Source of the DNA: Octopus bimaculoides
Lineage: Eukaryota
NCBI RefSeq assembly: GCF_001194135.2
Contig: NC_068993.1
Span: 55,604,180 to 55,668,179, forward strand
Direction: 5' to 3'
Length of the DNA stretch: 64,000 nucleotides
In this document: piece by piece, positions 48,801 to 60,290 of the stretch
Position numbering within the stretch: the first letter of the stretch is position 1
Layout of the letters: each line of letters starts with the position of its first letter
Notes under the pieces: model-generated
What the model was told of the DNA's origin: nothing
Databases searched by the model: none
What the model saw: the letters and a program-made list of their open reading frames with translations, nothing else
Position numbers and translations under genes: made by a program

Positions 48801-51800
48801 TGACTGATGTACGGCTTGTCTCATTAACTTTTGTTTTGTTTATGTATATGTTCATCCATTTCAAAGAAATTATTTCATTTTGTTCAGTGAAATAAACTGG
48901 AATCAGGGTGGTTTATTTACATTATCAGTTTTAGTTTAGATAACAATTATCTATCTTACATATTTATTCAGGGTACTTCAGTCTTTTGATTAGCTAGAAA
49001 TAAGTCAAATCTTCAAATCACATCCCGTTGTCTTAAAAATGAGAAGGTCACATTATCCAGTGTAGTCTTAGATATCCTTGAAATAAAGTGATAACCACAG
49101 CTCGAATGCTTTGGATTGTAGTTTCCGTCTACCAAATCCACTCTCAAGGCTTTGGTCGGCCCGAGGCTATAGTAGAAGACACTTGCCCAAGGTGCCACAT
49201 AGTGGGAATGAACCCAGAACCATGTGGTTAGTAAGCAAGCTACTTACCACACAGCCACTCCTGCACCCAGTTGTTTTTACAAAAAGCAAAACATCAACCG
49301 TAAAAGCAGTTTATGACATGCATACAAATACGCATATAGTATGTATGGAGACAATAATATCAAGGTCAACAATGCACATGCAGGCACACATTCATTCATT
49401 GTGCTTGTTGTTGGCAGAGGTAATTGCGTTTTGAACTTTTCTGTGTTGATTTTAGTCTGGCTTTTATATATTCATAACCACTTTCACTGTTGTTTCAGTC
49501 ACTCCCTTTACAGAAGCTGTCAACTACCTCTAGGTGGTTGGCTTCTAGGCTTTTGAAAAGCATTTAATGAATGCTCTTACTACTAACTACTTCTGTGCAT
49601 CTGCTGCACACGAAATTGTTCTTTTTTCTCAGCCAACCACAGCATCTCTTGTTGACTCGTAGTTTACATTGGATGCACAGTATAAAATATAGAATTTCTG
49701 CACCTTGAGTTGAATCACTATTTGAGATGGCAGTAGAGTTGTGTATTCTTTTCTGCTAATCAAGACATTTTTTTTTCTTTGCTAGGTTTACAGGATGGTA
49801 AAATCAATGTTGCAAAACTGAAGCTTAGGTATAGGATACCTTAAAATCCTAGCAAAGTAAATGCCAAATTCCTTTGCATGACTGAAAATGTCTTGCAGAA
49901 AATATAGAATTGCTCTGCTTGAGAAGACATGTTAAGCTAAGTGGAAAAAAGGGTATGGCCAGTCTAGCTCTCACCTTACCATCTCTAGTCAATCTGTCTA
50001 ACCCATGCCAGCATGGAAAATGGACGTTAAATGATAATGAAAGAGAGTATGATCTCACCTGCCACCTGGGGCCTACATGGCCAGAGACAGAGCGGTGAAA
50101 GGAGTCCAGGGAGGGATTCCTCCTTTGGGAGGGGTGAAGCCCTGGATAAAAATAAGGAAGGTTTACTTTTAGATCTGGAACTTTTCCTCTGATTCTTTAA
50201 CTGATTTATTTACAAGGTCATTGATATTCAAGGGTGCCACCAGGCAGCCTGTCTTCAGCTGCTCTACTTTGGCCTAGAAAATTATGATAAAAAGAAGACT
50301 GAGGAATGCTTAGCTGTATCCTAAATTCCTTTTAAATTCATTGCTAACTCTCAGCATCTCTGTACATGGTTTGTACAAGTCTTACATCTCAGCCATCTAT
50401 ACCTAGTTTTCTTATTGACTACAAGAATACAGTGTGGAACCTTATTAAAAGACTTCTACAGGACAGTGAATGTTAAAAGTTTGCATCCTTTCTGTTTTAG
50501 TCCCTTAGTATTTAAACTGGCCCTCTCTGGTCCAAATATTCTTCTTGTTTTATGTTCAAACCAGCCAAATCCAACCTCTTGTACCTACTCTACAATGTCA
50601 TTCTAATATAAGTAATCACGTCATTGAAGTCTCCAAGCTATGAGATAATGTATGATTAATTCAAAACAATGTGAATAAATAAGCATTAAATTTGACAAAG
50701 TTATCTGAATGCTAAAGGTATGTATAAGTTACCAGTGTAGTATTATCACACTAATAAAAACACATGGCTTAACAGGGGCCTTTTTTCTGATTGTATCACT
50801 TTCACAAAGTATTACAAAAAAACTTCACCCAGAACTCTAGCTGCAGAGTAATTAATCCCATAGAAATTGAGTTACACATTGTAAGCGAAAGAATACTAGA
50901 CACTATCATCTTGTGAGACTGTGTCTAGGTTAACACTGTGCCAGTGTTGTATTAAGGCATGGGCACAGTAGATAGCTATCCAGGGACCTCTTGAGTTTAG
51001 GGACCCAGTTCTGATCTATGCATAGTGTGCCTTGCTATCAGTAAATAAATACTTTAGGGCACAATATATTAATTTACCTGGAGGCCTACAATGCTGCTAA
51101 GATGGCCCTGTACCATGGATATGTAACAGTGTCACCATTGAAACATTTAAATGACATCTAAATGTAGATTTATGCAGTTTGACATAGATTGAAAACTTAA
51201 ACAAAAAAAAACAAACTTTTTACAAACAGGTTTGATGAGATATGTCACTGAATTAAATATAGATATAGAAATGAATGCATGGAAGTCTTTTTTTTATTTT
51301 ACAATGATTCCTACTGGTTTAAAATAAGCAAACGCCTTTTCAATATGTTTATGGGCAACTGCGACAGAGCAGAGATAGTGGACCTGTGCATCCTAAACAA
51401 GCTAAAAGTAGGAGAGGCTGACAAAGGTTTGTACAGAGATGATAGACTAGAGATAATCCTTAATAAAAACAGATACAATATGGTCTTCTTGTTATGTTTG
51501 TCAGCAGTTGCTTGTAGTTCAGATGCTTTGTTCTCCTACCATAAGTTCTTTGTAGCTGATGATTTGGCTGAAATGTACTCCTTATGGGCAGAGTGCATTT
51601 CGTCAATGAATTTTGCAATGGTCTGATAGTTCTCATTGAACGTGTCTAGATGTTTGTGCTTGGCAAAGCCAAGAACTTCAGACACTGTCTCATATGTAAG
51701 TTGCTTTAAGCTCTTTCTGTATTGTTCAATACTAATGTGCCCTGGGTCCATTGGGGTGTTTGTCAGTGACTTCTCAATGGCAATTCTGTGACAAGCTACT

Positions 51801-53687
51801 TAGCCTTTGCTGGGACCCTGGTAGATGCTACTACTCTGGGGTCAGAGTAGATTTGGGAGCAATAGTGGCTGGAACTCCTGAACCAGGGCCCTACTACATT
51901 AGAAAAAAGTTCCTTAGGAATATTTCAGTAATTAAAGCCAAAAATCACAATAAAAATGTAAATACTTGCACTGTATTACATCATTTTAGTCTCTCTCTCT
52001 AGATTCCTGCTGTTATTTCTTGAATTTTTACTTTTATTTTCTGGTGACACCATTTATCTGCCACTCTCTCTTTCTCCAGATACATTCTTTTTTCATTATC
52101 TCTCTGCTTGCTCCCTCTATATCTATACCCTTTCTTCCTGGCTCTTACTCTCTCTCTGTGTATATATATATATCTACTGTACTTCATGCTTCCGCCGTTT
52201 CAACACACACACACACTCTGTCTGCCTGTCTCTCTCATTCATTTCTTATCTCTATTACAGGTTCCTTAGACCCATTCTAGGTTTATACTGTGGGAAAGCA
52301 GGTTCTTATGTCTTCTTTTTCCTGCTCAGTACATTCCTCCAAGATAATAATACTGTGATTGATGCTATCAATTAACTCCCACTCCTCAAATCTGCTGACC
52401 TTGTGCCAAAATCAGAACCATTACTGTAAGGGCTTAGATTCTGGTTGTCTTCGATATAAACTAGGCTTCAGACTTACAGGATATGCTGCATTTCACTCAT
52501 TCAACCCTTCAGCACTCAGATTACTCTGTCAAATGTAATGCTTATTTATTTACATTGTTTTGAATTAATTATGCATTATCTTCTATCTTTGATGTTTTGA
52601 TGAAGTGTTTGTATATTTTTAGAAAAGCATTGTGGAATAGGTGCAAGAGGCTAGATCTGGCCAGTTTGAACATAAAACTGGGAGAATATTTGGGTCACAT
52701 ATGGCCATTTTGGATGCTAGAGGGTCAACATATTACTGTATGTGAATACTTGAAATCATGTTTTTTTCTTATTATTCCACTGAATACACCACTACACATT
52801 TTACTCCATTGTACACCACTCTACTCACTGTTATACTCTTTTATACACACACACCATACTCCACTTAACACACCACTTATATCTCACTATATTCACCCCT
52901 GTATCCCACTGTATGTGTCACTCTACAACACCACTATATTCCACTATAAACACACAGTTCTCCACTAGAGCCTTGTGTACAGGCTACTGTACTCTACTGT
53001 ACACACCACTGCAATCCATTGTCTATATTTTACTATATTTTATAATCCTAATTCATCCATATTTTTACTCTTGTGACTTATTGTTGTTTAATGCCTTGTC
53101 TATCTATTTTTAGGTGAAACTTACCCCAAAAAAGGACAAAAAGCTACCGTCCATTATGTAGGTGAGTTTATTATTTTATATTGACTCTGAATCCTAGTTC
53201 AATAACCTCCAGATGGCATATTGGTTATTTGGTGTCACATCAGGATACATTTTGAGGATGACATTCATTTCATGTTCTCATTTGAAATTAGTTTCAAATC
53301 TATTTTGCAGGCTCAGCAGACTATTTTTTCTTCCTTTCATCCAAACAGACAATTCTGTTAACAAAATGAATGCAATATAATGCTAAGTTGTTTTTTTTTC
53401 TCTTCTACTTCAAAAACCTGTTTTTTATGAGAACTGTTGTGATCCATTGTTTTTTGTTTTGTCAAATTACTCTGAATAATAGATAAAGCTACTCATTGGG
53501 CAATCTTCACAGTTTATAACTGGGCGCAGACATGGTTATTAAGAAGCTTGTTTCTAAACCATATGATCCCAGGTTCAGTCCTACTGTGCAGCACTTTGAG
53601 CAAGTATCTCCTATCACAGTCCTGGGCTGACCAAAACCTTGTGAGTGATTTGGAAACTCAAAAAAATCCATTGTGTGTGTGTGTGTG

Positions 53688-53719
<32 letters not shown>

Positions 53720-56700
53720 CAGGCATAGCTGTGTGGTAAGAAGCTTGCTTCCCAACTGCATGCTTCTGGGTTCAGTCCTACTGTGTGACATCTTGGGCAA
53801 GTGTTTTCTACTATAACTTCAGGCCAACCAAAACCAGAAAAACTGCTGAACTACCAGCTATGAAGTTTGTTATTTCCTTGTCAACAAATTGTCTGCTGGT
53901 TCTGTGCTTTCAAAGATGTGTAAAATAAGGGAATAAGAGTTCTCTTGCTTGAAAAACAGGGAAGGGTTAGCAACAGGAGGAGCATTCATCTGTAACACAA
54001 TGCCTCATAATATGTATTCATCACCCCATGGTAGCATAGAAAATAGATGTTTCCACTCTCAAAGCATTGGTTAATCAAATACTTTTCCAGATTTCTTACA
54101 TAGACAGGAAATGTATTTGGGATTGTGTAATTTGATATTTCTTCTTAAGAGTATCAGGTAAGTGAACTGGTTTAAAGTAGGAGTGAAAAACTGATTAACT
54201 GAATGTTTAAAATGATGGTAGGATGTTATTGCAACTACAACAATTTTAACTATTGAACTATTCTTTTCATCTCAGCAACTCTTGCAGATGGAACCAAATT
54301 TGATTCTTCCAGAGACCGCGACAAACCATTTACATTTAAAGTTGGAGGTGGTTTTGTAATCAAAGGTAAGTAATGCTAACCACACTGCCATTTTTGTGTA
54401 CCACATGATTCTCTAAGCCCTTGTCTTTCTTATTTAAGGGCCTTTCTTTCATGAGCTCATTCCCTATTACCATTTTAACAATAACTTTTTTATGGTAAAT
54501 CAGACCAAACCATGGGATCAGGGCACTGTGTCGTATTGTAATACGGTTTGGGAACACAAGTGATTTCTTCAAATCCCCCTGCATCTTCCAGTCATTAGCA
54601 TCTTGCAGAAGTCTGGGTGTTGGATTTCTTTTGTTAACTTTCCTGCTTTGTTCCTTCTTTTTATGGAAAGCAACTTTGTATTGATTCTAATTGCATTAAT
54701 CTTGCCGCAATGTTGTTTTTGTGCATCAAGAACTTGGTCATGCTCTCAAAAATACTCTACAAGCAATGATGACTTAGATCTGTCCAGGATATGTTCCAAG
54801 GACACATATCGTCTGCACCAATGGCATTCATCCATATCACTAAACCCACATCTTTTCAGGAATCAACCTGGCTGATTCCACTTTTTATAGGGTGTTTCAT
54901 GATAGTTTCTTTTGTACAGTTGTCTCCCTTGCTTGCCTATGAACATTGAATTTTCCACACACATAAAATGACTGTTATATTATCAAAATGTTTTACGAGG
55001 CTATATAATGTTTTTCTTTCCTCTTCAGGCTGGGATGAAGGTATTACCCAGGTAACTGTTTTCTTTTTTTCACTTCCCAATATATTTTTATTTATTCATG
55101 TTTTAAATATTCTTTATAAGAAGTGTGATAAGAACTGCTTAATTGTAAAGTAAGTGTTAAGGTTGATTAAATTTAGTGGTTGTTGTTTAAACTCAGGTCA
55201 GTCTTGACTGGACATGTATGAACAAAGCTATTCTGGCTGTAACTGTAATATTCAGCCATATTAGGATTAGAGTATCCTTTCTTTTTAACATGATGATGTG
55301 AAAGAAATTTGGGTACTATTTTTAGCAGATCTTGAAAGTAAAGATTCTTTATTAGTTTGAAAATGTGATAGTTCACAAATGACTGTAGATACTCATCATC
55401 ATTATTTAATGTCTGTTTTCCATGCTGGCATGGGTTGGACGGTTTGACAGGAGCTGGTGAGGCTGGGAGCTGCACCATGTTCCAGTGGTGTGTTTTGGCA
55501 TTGTTTCTACAGTTGGATGCCCTTCCTAATGCTACCCACTTTACAGAGTGTAGTTGGTGCTTTTCATGTGGCACCCATACAGGGTCATCAAACAAATTGC
55601 AAGACAAAACTCCTCGGCTGGGAGGGGAGGTAGTATTGAATACCTAAGAATCTTAGTGGAAGAAAATCTTATCCATTCAACTGAAAATATACATTTGTCA
55701 TGAAATATTTGTTTGAAATTCATTCAATGTGTTTTCCATAGAAGTTCCCTTAGTTGTGATCCAAAGTATTTGCCACATATATTTTATGTTTTATATATGA
55801 TGTTAGGAAGGGCATCCAGCTGTAGAAACATTGCCAGATTGGATTGGAGCCTGGTGCAGCCTTCTGGCTCACCAGCCCTCAGTCAAACCGTCCAACCCAT
55901 ACCAGCATGGTGATGATGATGATACATAATAGCATAAGCAGAGATAGAATACTAGGAGAATATCTGCTTTAAATAAGCTCTTAATTATCTACATACATCA
56001 GATATTTCACAATTATTCTATTAGCTAAATTCATTCATGTTCCATAGACTATTCCTTTACTGATTATTGCAAATCATTAATGTTTTCTTTTTCTATTTTT
56101 ATTTTTTGTTATTTTATAGATGAGTGTTGGTGAAAGGTCAAAATTGATCTGCACGCCTGACTATGGATACGGTCCAAAGGGTTATCCAGGAGTATATCCT
56201 TTTGGCATGTCACATGTGAATATTTCATGCATTAAACAGGTTGAATATAGCAAACTTGCTTGGCCAGATATCAAGTTCTTGTATGAGGGAATGATTTGAG
56301 TTATAAAGTACATACATTATAGTAAGTAATAGTGATTGATTAGATAGGGAATTACTATATACTATGGCCTAGAAGTGGATGTAGTATATAATATAAACAT
56401 TCGTACATCAATCACTCTCTTTCCAAATCCTGCTGCATTTCATATGAAAAGTTTTGTCCTCCTAAGTTGTCTTGCTGTAAACGTCAACCAGCATTTTAAG
56501 CATAACTGTAGGACAACATTCAGCAATCGTTTTATTTAGGTTCTCTAATGGTTGATAACAGCAACATGTTATTACAAATAGCATGTTATGTGGCTTGGAT
56601 GTCAGCATCAAGAAAATATCACACAAAAATAATGCACATAACAAAGAGTGAATGTCACTTAGACAAAGGAAAAAACTGCATTCTACAAGTTTGTTGTTGA

Positions 56701-58522
56701 GTTATATATTCATTTTCATGTTTATGTCCACTTTTTGCAAGTTGGTATAGGTTGGATGAGGCTTAATGCTGTAGTCTTTTTTCTACTTTAGGTACAAGGC
56801 TGAAATTTGGGTGCGTGGGGGGCAGTCAATCAGAACGACCCCAGTATGCAACAGGTACTTAATTTATCAAGCCCGAAAGGATAAAAGGCAAAGTCAACCT
56901 CGACGGAATTTGAACTAAGAATGTAAAGATATGAAATATCGCTGAGTATTTCGCTTGGTATGCTAACAATTCCGCCAGCTCGCCGCCTTTTGATGCTGTA
57001 GTCTGTGGCCAGATGTCCTTATTGCTTTTAAGAAATATACTTTTTCCATCCAAGCTGTGAGACACCATTGCCCAAGGAGTGTCAGTGCAAAGACAGATGG
57101 AAGCATTCGCTCACACTTACAGAGTGAGCTTCCATATAGTTTTTGTCTACCAAATTTCACAAGGCATTTGTTAACCCAAATATGGAGAACATTTGCTCAA
57201 AGTGCCATGCTCTAGGAGTAAACTCAAAACCACATCATTTCAAAGCCAACTTTTTAACCATACAGCCATTTACGGTCAATTTTGCCACTGGTTGCTCTGG
57301 GGTCACCTTGCATTTAGCACCTATAATATGACTACTTTGCTTCTCTTTTCATCGTCATTTTTTGATGTCTGCCTTCTATACTGGCATGAACTGTGTGGTT
57401 TGAGAGGATCCGACATGTCTGCCTTGGTATGGTTTCTATGGCTGGATGCCCTTTCTAACACCAACTACTTTCTTAAAAAATAGCCTTATACTTGATGATT
57501 GTATTGGAATTCGAATGTAATGCTTAGGTGAGATGAAGACATAATTGCAAGTTGAGTGGGAACTGAGGATTTATCTCAGTTACATTTGGAAGAAATTATG
57601 TTTGTATGTGTGGTTTAGTCTTTGGTTGCCTTGATCCAGCAGACTTATGATCAGAGACATTCTGTGACCCAAAATAATGTATCTAGAACTACCTTATCTT
57701 GTGTATTGTTTTTTTTTTTTTGTAAGGTGGTAGGTTGTTGTTTGAGGGAGATTTGGCTGCTATTTCTAGTATGTAGAGACTGCATAGTAACTACCTTGTT
57801 AACTTGAACGTGTATCTATGTATGTACATATAACAATGATGTCATCAGTTTGTGTGTGTCTGGGTATGTGCTAGTTTGTAAATACATAAACATATTTGTG
57901 GCGAAGGTGCATGGCTAAGTGGTTAGGGTGTTCAGCTTGTGATCATAAGGTCGTGAGTTCGATTCTTGGCAGCATGTGGTGCCATTAAACAAGACACTTT
58001 ATTTCACATTGCTCCACTCCACTCAGCTGGCAAAAATGAGTAGTACTTACAATTTAAAGGGGCCAGCCTCGTCACATCCTGTGTCATGCTGAATCTCCCT
58101 AAAAACTACGTTAAGGGTATGTGTGCTTGTGGGGTGCTAATTTCACGAGTAGGCTGTTCCATCAATTGGATCACCTGGAACACTTATTGCTATAACTGAC
58201 AGAAAGCCAGTTAGGGGTTAAGCTTATTTGTTTACATTGCAAAATTCACTTAACATATAATCCCATCCACTGCTTCTATGCATGAATGTATGTGAGTGGG
58301 TATCTTCCTAAATTACTTACATTATATGTTTTCCTTGTCTACCATTTAATATCCTGATAAGTGTGAATGGGAAGGTGTTTGTGTGTGTTTTTTATACATT
58401 TTTGTTGTGCATTTGTACCTCTGTTACACATTATTACATCTGCTTTCCTTAACTGTCTTACTATTCCACCAAATGCAACATTAATCTTCGATGTTGAGCT
58501 CTTATCTCTCAACTCTCTTTGA
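45838..58522 (+). CDS. FKBP1A: FKBP12-type peptidyl-prolyl cis-trans isomerase, 110 aa, 6 coding exons
   Basis: Spliced product [110 protein letters not shown]; collinear with FKBP12; Y26, F36, D37, R42, F46, V55, I56, W59, Y82, I91 and F99 retained. Confidence 0.93.
47097..47520 (+). mobile_element. CRE/R2-type non-LTR retrotransposon fragment encoding a restriction-like endonuclease (frameshifted)
   Basis: Across frameshifts: [42 protein letters not shown]...[24 protein letters not shown]. Confidence 0.72.
48037..48404. mobile_element. Unclassified CpG-rich insertion with about 65-bp internal tandem repeat and TTAGGG words, apparently inside a family A SINE
   Basis: GGAAAAATACGGA.ATTATGATTC occurs twice; GGTTAGGGTTTTAGGGTTAG; SINE-A-like sequence on both sides; left end lost in a gap. 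Confidence 0.4.
49120..49263 (-). mobile_element. SINE family B (5' half), well preserved
   Basis: Reverse complement of the family B head and core. Confidence 0.8.
51345..51470 (+). mobile_element. Penelope-like reverse transcriptase fragment
   Basis: [15 protein letters not shown]...[12 protein letters not shown] resembles the PLE RT motifs MGSYDGAE..ELVGLYIL and GLYRDDGL. Confidence 0.6.
51480..51760 (-). mobile_element. RTE LINE endonuclease-RT linker fragment
   Basis: [35 protein letters not shown] resembles RTE K(H)QDWFDEND..I..LL....AH. Confidence 0.55.
52780..53040. repeat. Degenerate minisatellite (about TACACCACTATACTCCACTG) just upstream of FKBP exon 2
   Basis: Repeated ACACCACT / TACTCCACT units. 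Confidence 0.65.
53114..53161 (+). CDS. FKBP1A: FKBP12 exon 2 ([15 protein letters not shown])
   Basis: ttttag|...GTAG|gtgagt; 48 nt. Confidence 0.93.
   Translation: MKLTPKKDKKLPSIM
53523..53835 (+). mobile_element. Two tandem family B SINE 5' halves separated by (TG)n(TA)n(TG)n
   Basis: Heads at about 53523 and 53720. Confidence 0.75.
54276..54365 (+). CDS. FKBP1A: FKBP12 exon 3 ([18 protein letters not shown]...VIK)
   Basis: ctcag|...AAAG|gtaagt; 90 nt. Confidence 0.93.
55029..55051 (+). CDS. FKBP1A: FKBP12 23-nt micro-exon 4 (GWDEGITQ)
   Basis: ttcag|GCTGGGATGAAGGTATTACCCAG|gtaact; encodes W59. Confidence 0.92.
55393..55925. mobile_element. Inverted pair of family D retroposons (55393-55580 minus; 55798-55925 plus) in FKBP intron 4
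   Basis: GTTTCTACAGTTGGATGCCCTTCCTAA vs TTAGGAAGGGCATCCAGCTGTAGAAAC; CATGCTGGCATGGGTTGGACGGTTTGAC vs GTCAAACCGTCCAACCCATACCAGCATG. Confidence 0.8.
56120..56193 (+). CDS. FKBP1A: FKBP12 exon 5 ([25 protein letters not shown])
   Basis: ttatag| acceptor; ends GGAGT| before ATATCCTTTT. Confidence 0.92.
56795..56985 (-). mobile_element. SINE family A inside the U12 intron
   Basis: Reverse complement of the family A consensus, CpGs partly retained. Confidence 0.78.
57900..58212 (+). mobile_element. SINE family C inside the U12 intron
   Basis: tRNA-like head GGCTAAGTGGTTAGGG...GAGTTCGATTC. Confidence 0.8.
58462..58522 (+). CDS. FKBP1A: FKBP12 exon 6 ([19 protein letters not shown])
   Basis: Follows the AC acceptor; matches the FKBP C-terminal IPP.ATL.FDVELL; TGA 58520-58522. 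Confidence 0.93.
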
Positions 58523-59639
58523 ACCTAACCTATCTTTATACGATTATTTACTGTACATTCACGATGATGGCTACTCCTGCGACAACAATTCACCATGTGG
58601 CCAGCCCTGCAAAACTCACTCTGGGTGTCAAGTTTTTTAATATTTTCTTTTTTATCTTCTGCCATTCTATGACATAAGAGTGAAGCTGCCATTTTCATAA
58701 ATTCAAAGATTTTTACTCAAAATTTCACTTTCAAGATGTTTGCTTTTTAATTCTTTACTTTTTAAAATTTGAGTATATTTCTTGATTTTCTCTGTGTTGT
58801 TAGCTTATGGAAAGAAAATGTAGGGCTTAAGTCCTTATACTAATTTCATTCTGTACAATTTACACAGTTGTATAACAAAACTAAAAACTAGCTCTGGGAA
58901 CTATTATTTCTTACAAATTCATTTAAGTTAAAGAGGTTTTCCTTTTTTTTTTATTATTCTTTTTGATTAAATATTCTCTGATCATCTTAAATAAAATTTT
59001 CTCTGAATATCTTAAAGAATTTTGTATTTACAAACAATTTTTTGAAATATTTCCCTACCAACCTTTTAAAATTTTAGTTTTAAAAAAAAAAGAATATATT
59101 TTCAAAGTAAAAGTTAGGCCAGTATCAATGTGAAAAGGTTTTCAATAGAAAACATTCTGAAATAATTCTAAATAATAACATAATAAAACAATGTTTAGTA
59201 TTCATTTGGAAACAGTTCCTTTTCTTTGTGTTGGTTTTTGTTTATCAGATGTTGAGGAAGTCTGTCAGATTTTTTATCAAAATATTTTCATTCCAAAAAT
59301 GAAAAAAACCCCTCTATTTGCAGACAAATTTGGATAAAAGAGACACAAAGTCTTTCAAAGTGAGGATGTGTAAAATTGTAGTTAACAACAAAATTGGTCA
59401 ATAGTATTTCCTGAGATTTGAAGAACTTCTATGACACTATTATGATTCCTCTTAACAAAATTATAGATTCTCATTTGAGTGGTTTACACAAAGAATGTCA
59501 ATAAATTCCAATTCACTTAGATTGGCCAGGCTGTCTGGTGCCGAGTTGGCTCCGCTGGCCACAGCATTTGGTGCATTCCCCTTGTGCTTTTGCCATTCTC
59601 CTCCATGTTGTTCCAAACATTTCTCTTAAATTTTGACGG

Positions 59640-59912
59640 AAAGAGAACATCTGCTTACTGCACAGAGAGCCATGGAAAGGTCAATGCTGGGAACCTCATT
59701 AAAAGATCACACTTGGAACGAGGAGATCAGCGATAGAAGTGGAGTGTAGGGCATCATTGCAGAATACCGCCATGCAAAGCTACGATGTTGCTGGTCATGT
59801 CGCAAGGTTCACAGACAATCGGTGGACTTGTGCAGTTGTAGAGTGGTACATGTACAAGCAGAAGAGACCATCTGGAAGACCTCTAATCATGTGGGAAGAA
59901 GATTTAAGAAAT
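59640..59912 (+). mobile_element. RTE-clade LINE ORF2 C-terminal fragment
   Basis: LLTAQRAMERSMLG...D...NEEI, AGHVARFTDNRWT, KRPSGRP..WEEDL. Confidence 0.8.
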
Positions 59913-60084
59913 TTCAATTACTGAATATAATGGGTCTGTTGTTGTTCTATCAAGAACTGTACACAAGCTGCAGGATGGAAAAAAAAATCACCAATGTTGT
60001 GTTCACTGAAGTTTTCCAGAGTGAAAAAACATTCTTTGTGGCCACTGTGTGACCTCTTAAGCAGGTGTTTTCTATTATAGCTCT

Positions 60085-60290
60085 TTTCTACTCTAGGCAC
60101 AAAGCCCGAAATTTTTGGGGAGGGAAGGGGCAGTCGATTAGATCGACCCCAGTACACAACTGGTACTTAACGACTCCGAAAAGATGAAAGGCAAAAATCG
60201 ACCTTGGCTGAATTTGAACTCAAAACATAAAGACAGATGAAATACTGCAAAGCATTTCGCCTGGCCTACTAACAGTTCTGCCAGCTTGCC
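60085..60290 (-). mobile_element. SINE family A
   Basis: Reverse complement of the consensus. Confidence 0.75.

Larger units (their letters stand above)
56194..58461 (+). other. U12-type (minor spliceosome) AT-AC intron, 2268 nt, phase 2
   Basis: 5' ss ATATCCTTTT (56194-56203); branch site TTTCCTTAAC (58444-58453); 3' terminal AC (58460-58461); splicing restores GYPGV-IPPNATL. Confidence 0.93.

Noticed and set aside
55272-55280. Perfect U12 GT donor word GTATCCTTT in FKBP intron 4
   Set aside because: It lies in a decayed antisense family E repeat, and I found no supporting exon or matching nearby U12 branch site.
57900-57975. tRNA-like heads of SINE families A/B/C, and B-box GGTTCGATCC near 46105, as tRNA genes
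   Set aside because: No complete cloverleaf or acceptor stem; the SINE heads continue into repeat bodies.
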